From positions 4,402,001-4,466,000 of the forward strand of contig OX597830.1 of NCBI GenBank assembly GCA_951406725.2: 64,000 nucleotides of DNA, given 5' to 3'. Source of the DNA: Octopus vulgaris. Lineage: Eukaryota. The notes below the pieces were generated by a model. The model saw only the letters and a list, made by a program, of their open reading frames with translations. It searched no databases and was not told the DNA's origin. The position numbers were made by a program, and so were the translations under genes. Positions within the stretch are counted from its first letter, which is position 1; every line of letters starts with the position of its first letter. Below are positions 52,356-64,000 of this stretch, in pieces.

Positions 52356-54579
52356 CACTCTCAGATTGGTTGGTGTTAAGAAGGGCATCAGCCATTGAAA
52401 CCATGCTTAATCAGACTGGATGGAGTCTAGTGCTGCTTCTCAGCTTGCCAGCCCAGTCAAACCGTCCAACCCATGCCAGCATGGACAACAGACGATAAAT
52501 GATGATGGTGATATATTTGCATGTCTGTGTGTCTTCCTGACTATGCTTGACCACCCACCACCACCACCACCATCACTGTTTGACAACTGGTGTTGGTGTG
52601 TTTACATCTCTGTAACTTAGTGGTTCAGCAAACAAGACCAACAGAATAAGTACCAGGCTTTAGATAAGACCAGGGTCGATTTACTGGACTCAAAATTCTT
52701 CAAAGTAGTGTCACAGCATGGCCATAGTATAACGACTGAAACAAGTGAAAGACAAAACATATATGAGTGACTGATAGAATTCCCTTAATAACCCCTGCCA
52801 TTGTCTAAATTACAATCACCACATTCTTTGTTACCGTTCTAAAGATTGTATTCAGCATCATCACTGCAATATTTCTACATCAATATTATTATTCTTTGGT
52901 TGTTTCTTCTAGCTCTGTTGACTTACATTGCAGAAATTTCAATTTCTGTTGTTATTGATTCCCTATTAGCTGCTAAAAATCAATTCCCATTTCCTCAGAT
53001 CTATATCAGTTCATTGCATGTGAATTCTAGAACTGCACTTTACTTCTGTCTTTGCTGAAATTACCAAATGCCACAGATTTACTGCAAGTTTACCAGGTGT
53101 AATGTAATGCAAAATGTTATTCCCTTTTAATCTGTTTGACATGAGATTACTAACCAAACATTGACATTGTGAGGTTGGAGGGAAACACCTGAGGATACAG
53201 TCAACATATTACACAGAAACATGGTAGGGACTCACATTTACTTATTACTTTATCCCTCTTTTAGTCAGGGAAGAAAGCAGTGTCCCCAACCCTTTGCAAG
53301 GTCTTTGAAAGTGATGGAAGTGGGATCAGCATCCTGTAACCTGAGATCGGACTAAATGCTTGCAATGTAATCACTTGCATAATTGAGGGTAGTGGCTGTT
53401 CGCCCTGAGCTGCACTTTTAAAGTGGTGACACATTTAAAGGGGCGGCACTTTTGGGTCTGCTGTAGGCAGTATGTGTTTACTGTGGTGTCTAGGTGCAAC
53501 AAAGGGAAGGGCCGCCTCAGGCCACCTACACAGTAGCAATGAATGTAATGGGCTTTGCAGAAGCTATTACAAAGGCACCAGGTGATGGTGTTAAAGTGGT
53601 CTAACACCTGAATCAGCCAAGTCAGGATTTGAACTCAGAATGTAAAGAGCTGGAACAAATACTGCAAATACTGCTCAGTTGAAACTTGAAATTTGGGCTT
53701 GCTTATTGTTTTAGACTTTAAATACTGATGAGGGGAGATTTTGTTAAGTAATTGCATAGATAATTTTAGTTATGGTTTTTTTCAACCCACCACATTAAGA
53801 AACTTTACTGTAGTAGTTCCCAAACTCATCTTTTCATAGAATCTATATATAATATTTTTACCAAAAATCACAGAACACTCAATAAAACATGAAATTTAGC
53901 AAAAAATGTCTTAACATAAAAATTCCTTCATGGAAATAATTTATTTATTTATTTTTATTAAATGACACCTTCTCTTGAAAAATCCCCAGAATTTTCCCCC
54001 AAAACTCTGAGAATTTTGTAGAACCCATGATGAGAATGTTATCCAACTGTATATAAATGAAATGCTCAACCAAAATTTCAAGTAATTTTTTAAAATAATA
54101 AAAACATGTGGAGTGAATTAATCAGCCTTCGCCATCTATTGGTAAATTAAGGTAGTACTTTGAAATAAGTTACAAATAATTTTAATTTACAAAAAAGAAA
54201 AGGAAGAAAAAATCATGATGGGAAGTTTTAAATTAAACAGATATGCCTTAAAAGAAGTTTTGAGTCAAGGAAGCAGATGTGGTGGTCTCAGATGGATTGA
54301 ACCCAGAAGCATTTAAGGAACACATTTATTTTGCTTATTCAAGTGGAGTCAGAATGAGTTTGTTCTCTACCACACAAGCTAAAGACAAAGCGATCCAGAA
54401 GTAACTCCATTTGAAGAATCAGAAGCAGAAATATTCCAATTTAAGATTCTGGTGACTCAGTTTCTTGAAAGACAAATGAAAGTCTTTTATAATTACATTA
54501 TTACTCAATGATTACCATAGGCAATTAAAAAATATCTATATAATATATACTTTCTATTTAGACACACACTACCTGTTTA

Positions 54580-54670
<91 letters not shown>

Positions 54671-54707
54671 TATTTGCATATATATATTACCTATTTATGA
54701 TACATAT

Positions 54708-54746
<39 letters not shown>

Positions 54747-56054
54747 ATAAGCTGGCCTTATCTAACATTAATATATATATATATATTCTATTTATAATAT
54801 ATATGAGTGTATATATGATATATCATATCTATCAATATATATCTATATATATATTACCTTTTTATATAATGTATATATAATGACAAAAAATGTAATTACT
54901 CTCCAGAAATCCCAGCTGTGAGATAAGTTTTAGAAGAATATAGTTTTTTTTTTTATTCATTAATTTTCCATTGATAATTTTGTTGATTCTTTTCAGAAAT
55001 TAATTGAATTTCTCAGTTCTAAGAACTCAGTTTTAATTTATCATTTTTTGTTTATCTTTTGCCATAGAATTCTCATTTTCTATTTTCAATCTCGCATTAA
55101 AATATATTTCACAAAATATCAAAGATCCCAAAGCTCTAAGCTCTTAGCCATTCTTCTGATACTTTTAAGGAAACTCTGGTTTTGATAGTAAAGAATCAGG
55201 AGATACAATGTTTTTTGGTTTCCATGGGAACACCGAGAATAAAGACCAACCAGGGTTAAGCTCTCTCAGTCTGGGAGAGATTTTTCAAAGGCCTTGTTTT
55301 TTTGTTCCTTCTCCAATCACTAACATATAACAGTAACACTACAACTCGGATGTGATTACTTGGTTCGCTAGAAATAGCAGCCAAATATTCTCTCAGTCAG
55401 ACCTACCTTAGATGCGAGTGAAGCCATGTGGTAATAAAGTTTGTTTCATGATAATGTGGGTTTCAGCTTGATCCTCCCACTACACAGTAACCTGGACAAG
55501 TGGATTCTGCATGTGGACGGGATTTGTTAGATGAAAACTATGTAGAAGACCATTTATACACATACACACACTTTGACACACATATTGATATATAAGTGCA
55601 TACATTCACACACACACTCACATGCATACATTCATGTGTGTGTGTATGTGAACAGAAATACCAAAAGAAGCCAGAGAAGATGAGTTCCCAATCACGACTA
55701 TTAGCTTTGATGCTCAGAGAAGTGAAAAAGAGTCAACTGTTATGGGATTCTGTAGATTGTTTTTTGGAACAAGGGTCAAGAGGGGAAACAGGGAGAAAGA
55801 TGAGAAAAAGCTAAAAAGGTAAAAAAAAGGAATATTAATATTAATCAAGATGAAAACTCCATGGTAGCTGTGTGCATTTGTACACATGTCTGCATGTGTG
55901 TGTGTGTGTGCTGGATTGTATTTAACTGACTAAATGCTTCAAGTCGTTACTCCAGCATGGCCACAGTCTAAGTAATGAAAGTAATGAAAGAACACGATAG
56001 GAGTGTTGGAAAACATGTCAAGGGATGTGTTCTACTTACGGTGAGGTCTCTCTC

Positions 56055-56666
56055 ATACTCTTTTACTGTGGCCATGCTGGAGCACCGCCTTTAGTCGAGC
56101 AAATCAACCCCAGTATCTATTCTTTGTAAGCCTAGTACTTATTCTATCAGTCTCTTTTGCCGAACTGCTATGTTACAGGGATGTAAACACACCAGCATCG
56201 GTTGTCAAGCGATGTTAGGGGAACAAATACAGACACACAACCATAGACTCCCACATACTCTTTTATTCTTTATTCTTTTACTTGTTTCAGTCATTTGACT
56301 GCACATGCTGGAGCACCGCCTTTAATCGAGCAACTCGACCCCGGGTCTTATTCTTTGTAAGCCCAGTACTTATTCTATCGGTCTCTTTTGCCGAACCGCT
56401 AAGTAACGGGGATGTAAACACACCAGCATCGGTTGTCAAGCAATTCTAGGGGGACAAACACAGACACACAAACACACACACATATATATATATACATATA
56501 TACGACGGGCTTCTTTCAGTTTCCGTCTACCAAATCCACTCACAAGGCATTGGTCGGCCCGAGGCTATAGTAGAAGACACTTGCCCAAGGTGCCACAGAG
56601 TGGGACTGAACCCGGAACCATGTGGTTGGTTAGCAAGCTACTTACCACACAGCCACTCCTACGTCT
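56055..56666 (-). mobile_element. SINE family A full copy (56257-56666) plus adjacent tail-only copy (56055-56242)
   Basis: Direct repeat of atgctggagcaccgccttta...; possible TSD acatact at 56253-56259 / 56668-56674. Confidence 0.85.
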
Positions 56667-58847
56667 AACATACTGAGTTAACAAACCTCCTCTAACAAAT
56701 TATCCATGCAATCAGTAAAAAGAAACTCCCTTTATGGATGTTTAAGATATAAAAGGGAGATAAATCCAATAAGATCATGTAATTAAAATAAAGACAAGAG
56801 AAATGAGAGAGGATCCAGTCTTTAAACTGAAAAAATACAACTGAAAGCAAAAAGAAGGAAAAACTTAATTCTCATAATTATTGTTGGTTTAATGTCCACT
56901 TTCCCATGGCTGCATGGATCAAATGGCAGGTTTACTGTGGTCAAAGGTGCTGCATGTTGCTAGCCTTCACTTGTTTCCAAGTCAGGTAATATTTCCTCCA
57001 TGGCTTTAACATATTTTCACAGGAGACAGGAAATGAGGAACACCGCTTGTGTGAAGGTGATACTTGTTTACGACTACAGTATGATGCAAAGACACAAGAC
57101 ACAAATACACACATGTGCACACAAGTGCACATGCATATGCGCACACACGCGCACACATGCACACACACACACATACACATGATGAACTTTCTTTCAGTTT
57201 CATCTATCAACTCCACTCCTGAGGTGGCTGGCAGTGAGACTTGAACCTAAAACTCCATGGTTGGGAAGCACACTTACTAACTCTGCAACTATTAGTATAC
57301 GGTCATCTTTGACCTACTAAATGGCAAAGTAGTCAGTCTAGGCTTAATCAATCAGGACTAGCATGAGACTAGACAATAACAACAACAACAGCAACCTATT
57401 TTTTAAAAAGAATCAATAGAAACCTTATCCGAAAAGAAAAAAAAAATCTCCTGATTTTAATCCCTGACAGAAATTTGGGGAAAAATGAAGAAAAGAAGAG
57501 GAATAGGGAACCATTCCATGAAGAATATAACAGACATTTGTTTTCATTTTTAATGAGTTTTGTTCAAATGATTAAACGATACAATCAATTCTTAATATCT
57601 TTAAAAGCAAATTCTTCTTTCCAACTACAACAACAACAATACAAAATGGAAAGAAGAAATTCTTTTAAAAAAAATTGTTTAAGTCTGTGACAAATATCTC
57701 AACTTTAAAGGAATGTTTTATAAAAGCCTAAAATAATGAATAAATGTGTAATCTTGCTTACTCAGTTGTTTTTCTATTGTTAAAAGAAGGTAACATGTGG
57801 TTGGTTGTTTATTGACAGGTTGACATGGGCAGCAGACATTGGAGGCGGCGGTGCGGGGTTGGAGGGGGGCGGAAACTTTAAAGGAGCAGATAAACAATAA
57901 CAATAAATAGTGAAAAAGACAAAAACATCATGAAAACAAAACATGTATACAGCTATTGAAAAGAGAAATAAGGAGGGAGAGTGAGAGAGAATGAGATGAA
58001 ATTGAATGGAAAATAAGAGGGAGGGTGTTGGGGGGGGACGAGAACAATTGATTGATTGGTTATAAGTAAGTGTACAGTGAAATCAAAATAATCTACTGGA
58101 GTTACTAAGATTACCACAAAGGACCTAAATTGTTTTTAGTTGTTATTAAGATGCACGCGCGTGTGTGTGTGTGTGATACAAGGATATAAATAATGGTCAT
58201 TACATATTATTGTAGTAAATTCAGCTTACAGCTGTTTCTGATAATCACTGTAGGTTCGTTCATTGATTGGTTCACTCAATCAGTCCATTGATTGATTGAG
58301 AAGAGCTGAACTACTTGAAACAACTAATACTGTATTTATATATATATATATATATATATCATCATCATCATCATCCTCATCATCATTTAGCGTCCATTTT
58401 CCATGCTAGCATGGGTTGGACGGTTTAACTGGGGTCTGTGAAGCCGGAAGGCTTCATCAGGCCCAGTCAAATTTGGCAGTGTTTCTACAGCTGGATGACC
58501 TTCCTAATGCCAATATACAATATATATACAATATATATACATTTCTCGCTGGATGAAGTATTTGTTACTCTTTTTGTTTTCTGCAATTTTATTTTTGGAT
58601 CTTCTATCTAAATGAAGAATTTTCCTCTGTCTGGCTGTTTTTCTCTCTACAAAATGGAAAGTTGCATTATGGAACTGTCATTTTAACAAGCTTTTTTATT
58701 AATTTATCACCCAACGACATACATCTGCACCACCGTATATTCCTGTACCAGTTTTTGTGTGTCCTATGAGAGGAGTCGATGCTAGCTGTGTCGAAACAAT
58801 TGTTGTGATTAATAATATATTCTCGTATATTCCATCTTCTGTCCTTC

Positions 58848-58952
<105 letters not shown>

Positions 58953-59275
58953 CACAAACACACATTGATATCTATGGAAATGCATACATATATATGAAAT
59001 CAGCATATGATTTGTACAGTGATCTTATAAGCTGACAAGGCAAGTTTAGTTTAACCCAAGGTGCCAGTGAGAGCCACTAATGAGCATGAATGTAAATGTG
59101 AAATCACTGGTGATCTGGCTATGCCCAGTGCTTAGGGAGCGTGCCTCCCTTGTTAATAAATAAGATGGTTTTGACTCTTATGTTTAGCAATACTGGTGCT
59201 GGATAGCACCCTCAATCACTTTAGTGATGCATATAGCTTTGCCTTTCTGTTAAAAAATTGCTTACAAACCAGCCT

Positions 59276-59332
<57 letters not shown>

Positions 59333-59369
59333 TAGATGGATAGATAGATAGATACATATACACACCTGC

Positions 59370-59510
59370 TAATATTTAGATTCTGTATAATGTTTGTAGG
59401 ATTCTTGATATGAACTTGTGCATTGAAGCATATTTTAGTTTGTTTTGGGAGGGTCATTATGCCAATAATAAACACATGCACTGGTTCTATTTTGTTTCTC
59501 TATTATTTAT
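59370..59510 (-). mobile_element. Diverged PLE-terminus relative
   Basis: ttgaagcatattttagtttgttttgggagggtcattatgccaataataaacacatgcact aligns with 34066-34125 and with the tail. Confidence 0.6.
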
Positions 59511-59974
59511 TTGTTAAATGGTTAATTATTTAATCAATTGATTGTTTGGTCAGTTAGTTAAGATTGTTAGAATCCTTTCATCACCGTTCTCAACTCCATC
59601 AGTGTCATTTCATTTCTACTACAGATCTGCTTCAAGTCTCTAATACATATTCTCTAAATAAATTCTCTAAATATATCCTCTAAATAGATTGTCTGCTTAC
59701 ATCATAACATGGCTTAAGTTTGTTCGATATTCTTAGTTTCCAAACTTATTAATTCTTCCTGTGGGTATTTTGCTATGGAATCAGCAGCAGTAGCAGACAG
59801 AATTGCTACATAAGTAATATACCAACGCACACAAAAAAAGAGTGGAACAGTATATTATGGTTATAGTCAATATACATACATATGTATGTGTGTATGTATG
59901 TGCATGTTCATATATATATATATGTGTGAATATGTATATGTGTGAGTGTGTGAATATATATATATATAAACATT

Positions 59975-60122
59975 ATTTCAAATTCTGCTGAGGTCGACTT
60001 TGCCTGTCATCCTTTCAGGGTCGATAAATAAAGTACCAGTTTCGAACTGGGGTCGATATAATCAACTTAATCCCTTTGTCTGTACCCTCTATGTTTAGCC
60101 CTTTGTGGGCAGTAAAGAAATA
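59975..60122 (+). mobile_element. SINE family B, 5'-truncated (tail type i)
   Basis: Ends tttagccctttgtgggcagtaaagaaata. Confidence 0.8.
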
Positions 60123-60694
60123 TATATATAAACATTATTGATCAAACATATACCATCTATATGCTCAGTTTATTCACTGAATTTGCTGCAGGATGGCATT
60201 TAGGGAGACTTCTTAACAATGCTGGGTATTAAAACACTTGCAAGTCAAAACCTCAAACAAAATAACTTGCCTCAGATCAAATCCAAGACTGATAGATATC
60301 AATATTTCACCAAAATTGTAGCTTATCAATACCATGCGCTTGGATCAAGCCAAAGACAAGCTGAGTCCCCACTCTATGACTGTATACACAAATAGTTTGG
60401 AAACTATTTGAGGATGTGCCACAGGAGGCACAGGTGAAAGTTAATTAAATCACAAATTCAAGGCAACTCTAGTAAGGTAAACATTATCATTCACACATAC
60501 AGAGTGCGTTTTGCTGTGGGATAGGGTTTAGGGAGAGTCCTTAATAGCATTGGGTTGTCTCACCTGGTCAATGGCTCTCAGGTGTTTTTACATCCAGTGT
60601 TACATATACAAAGATACATAGTATATTATATATGTATTAGTATATGCTTATATATAAGTAGATGTATGAATATATATATGTATGTCTATGCGTG

Positions 60695-60727
<33 letters not shown>

Positions 60728-60782
60728 CTCCAAGTAAGTTTTATCTATCTATCTACCTACCTATCTGTCTGTCTGTCTGTCC

Positions 60783-60813
<31 letters not shown>

Positions 60814-60829
60814 TATGTATCAAAACTGC

Positions 60830-61166
60830 AGCTGTGGCCAGTGCTGGCTGTGTTGGTGGTATGTAAAATGCACCATCTGAACATAATCGATGCCAGTACC
60901 CTCTGACTGGCTCTGGTACCAGAGGTACATAAAGAGCACCATCCGAACACGGCTGATGCCAGCAGCATCCTGACTGACTCCTGTGTTGGTGGTGTAAAAA
61001 GCACCTACAACTCTCTCAGAGTGGTTGGCGTTAGGATGGAGATCCAGCTGTAGAAACTCTGCCAGATCATATTGGAGCCTGGTGCAGACCACTGGCTTGC
61101 CAGTCCTCAGTCAAAACATCCAACCCATGCCAGCATGGAAAGTAGACGTTAAACGATGATGATGAT
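60830..61166 (+). mobile_element. Repeat family C
   Basis: Same units and tail; further partial copies near 25318-25482, 52355-52510 and 58360-58513 (-). Confidence 0.8.
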
Positions 61167-61174
61167 AACATATC

Positions 61175-61238
<64 letters not shown>

Positions 61239-61406
61239 ATGTGTATCATGTGTTGAAGACGGGGAGGATGACTCCCCTTCACAAATACTGACAGGACACA
61301 GATAGTGTGTCTATAGCCAGCTGGAGGAGATATCTTCCTGGGGCTACAAACTACAGTAGCATCCACCCTTATGGGTTAGCCATATTCAAATGGCATATAT
61401 GCATCA

Positions 61407-61454
<48 letters not shown>

Positions 61455-61469
61455 ATGTAAATATGTGTG

Positions 61470-61522
<53 letters not shown>

Positions 61523-61574
61523 GTAAATATGTGTGTATATATATACATATATATATATATGTATAGGTATATCG

Positions 61575-61965
61575 TTTATCTTTTACTTCTTTCAGTCATT
61601 AGGCCATGGCCGTGTTGGGGCACCAACTAGAAGAATTTTAGTTGAATGAATTGACTCCAGGACTGGGATTTACTTTGTCCATTGAAGCCTGTTACTAATT
61701 CTATGGGTCACTTTTAGCCACAAATGCTAAGTTACAAGAGTGTAAACAAACCAATGCCATTTGTCAAAACACAGACACAATGACACACACACACACACAC
61801 ACAGACACACACACACACACAGACACACACACACATCAATCACATTTCACTCACAAGGCTTCTTTCAGTTTCTATCTAACCAAATCCACTGCTCAAGGTG
61901 ACATACAGTGGGACTGAACCTGGTACTTTGTGTTGGAAACCAAACTTCTTATTACACAGCCATTT
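61575..61965 (-). mobile_element. SINE family A, diverged
   Basis: cttttacttctttcagtcatt...gtgggactgaacc...acacagcca. Confidence 0.65.
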
Positions 61966-62750
61966 CTATGTTATATATATATATGTGCATCTATATATGT
62001 ATGCATGTTGTATGCATATGTAAATATACATACATACATAGACACATACTTACATACATACATATATACATATATATATATGTGTACGTATATATATTTA
62101 TACATGGGGGTGGGTATATATTTTGTAATATTTACAGAGCACAGAGCCAAGTCTATAACCTGTATTATGGGTTTATGCAACCCACTCTCAACCATAAATT
62201 TTAATTTGCTGAGTTTTATATGGAAGAACCAGTTAAAGAGAGACTGTACTTCTTTCCATTGCTAGATATTTGTCCTTGCTCATATAGGTTTCCATTCTTG
62301 TAGGGCATACAGTAGACTAGTTCTTTTCTTCTTTCCTATACTTATTTTCAGAAGTCAATACCAAACATTGGCGCCAACTGGTCTTCTGTGTGCTCCTTTA
62401 ATGCAGCTTTCACCCTACATTCCCCAGAACACATACAAAACATTTCTTGTGTGTGAAAACGTCTTGTCTGTATATGTGTGTGGGTCTGTTTTTGGACGTT
62501 TATGCATGCATAAATGTGTTTATATATACAAGACACAGGCTTTTTGTGAAATTTGTGATTGTACATATGGGCATGATGGAATTTCTTTCTATGCAACAAT
62601 GTGTGTGCTTTTCAATATATATATATATGTGTGTGTGTTGTGTGTTTATGTATACATGTATATGTATATATATGTTTATATATATTTATGTATATATGAA
62701 TAAATATATATATGTTCATATATATTTATGTATATATGAATATATATATG

Positions 62751-62791
<41 letters not shown>

Positions 62792-63281
62792 CATATGAAT
62801 ATATACACACACAAATGATGATATTCTTTAGAAAAGGAAAATATATATAAATGTATCATTAATATATATATATATATATATATATGTGAGAGAGAGAAAG
62901 ATACACATACTTATTCATTCATATGTTTATTTATATGTGTATATATTTATATATATATATGTGTGTGTGTGTTTGTGCATGTGTGTGTATTTGTAATTGT
63001 GTATGTGTGTGTGTGTATACACTGTAGCAAAAAATGCTTTCATAGACACTGATTATGTATAAGTCGAACATACATATGTAGGTCTCTTCTGTTAGTGTAA
63101 GCAGGCATGCGTGTGTCTAAATGTACATTGCATTAGTGTGTATTTGCCTACACATATATAGATGTGTATGTGCATATATCTACATACATCTATGTGCACA
63201 CACACATATATGCATATATATAAACGATGATGATTTCCATATACATATATACATAAATATGTGTTTATATATATATTAATA

Positions 63282-63331
<50 letters not shown>

Positions 63332-63864
63332 TATGTGTTGTGTGTATATATATATAATTTGTAGCAAAAATATTTACACACACTTGTGTATTTTACCATA
63401 TGTGTTTCTTTGTCTATCCATTTGTGTACATACATGTGTGTCTGTTTATGCATGCTGGCATGTGAGTGTGTGTGTGTGTGTGTGTGCATATGGATGGGAC
63501 ATAAACTTAAAATGCAAAAAAAATGGGTTTTCAGAGACAAAACAAAAATGGAAAAAGAAAGTCTGAAAAAGCATTAAATGTATAAATTAATATTTTCTGA
63601 TAGCTATCAGCTTCTCAGAGTAATATCTACGGTTACAGACTGTTATTGATTGAAATAGGAGCACTTTTAGTGGAACTGTGCAACTCTAGCAAAGAATATT
63701 TTCTGTAGTCTTTCATTTTCCGTTTGCGAAGTGAAGCACCTCTGCGGGTTTGTATATAGTTAGATATATAGATATGTGTGTGTGTGTATACATATATATG
63801 TAATTGTATGCATGTACATATATTTAGATATATACATATGTATATATAAATGTGTGTGTGAGTG

Positions 63865-63895
<31 letters not shown>

Positions 63896-64000
63896 GTGTG
63901 TGTGTGTGTGTATGTATATATATATATATATATATAAATATGTGTGTACGTTTATATATATATATAAACAAATATGTGTGTATATATATATATATATATA

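Overview
AT-rich, microsatellite-dense eukaryotic non-genic or intronic DNA. The SINE families and (TA)n/(CA)n/(ATT)n density suggest a coleoid cephalopod, probably Octopus (inference). Nearly all ORFs in the track are microsatellite translations. The only substantial coding region is a young, 5'-truncated Penelope-like retroelement (PLE; RT + C-terminal GIY-YIG, Naiad-like) at 34682-36694. It is bracketed by ~620-bp near-identical inverted pseudo-LTRs, with a ~60-bp tail on one side only. The same 'hairpin plus one-sided tail in (TA)n' architecture recurs as short non-coding inserts near 12.1, 13.4, 18.4, 19.2 and 38.2 kb. Two of these carry hammerhead-ribozyme-like cores at the fold-back point, and relatives of the PLE terminus end at the same nucleotide boundary. 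Just downstream of the PLE are two near-perfect copies of local sequence from 5 and 7.5 kb upstream, stitched by (TA)n. The rest comprises four recurrent SINE-like families, CR1-, R4/Dong- and Tx1/L1-like LINE remnants, and hAT and Tc1/mariner MITEs. One SINE family shares its 3' tail with the Tx1-like LINE. Coordinates of degenerate repeats were read by eye and are approximate.
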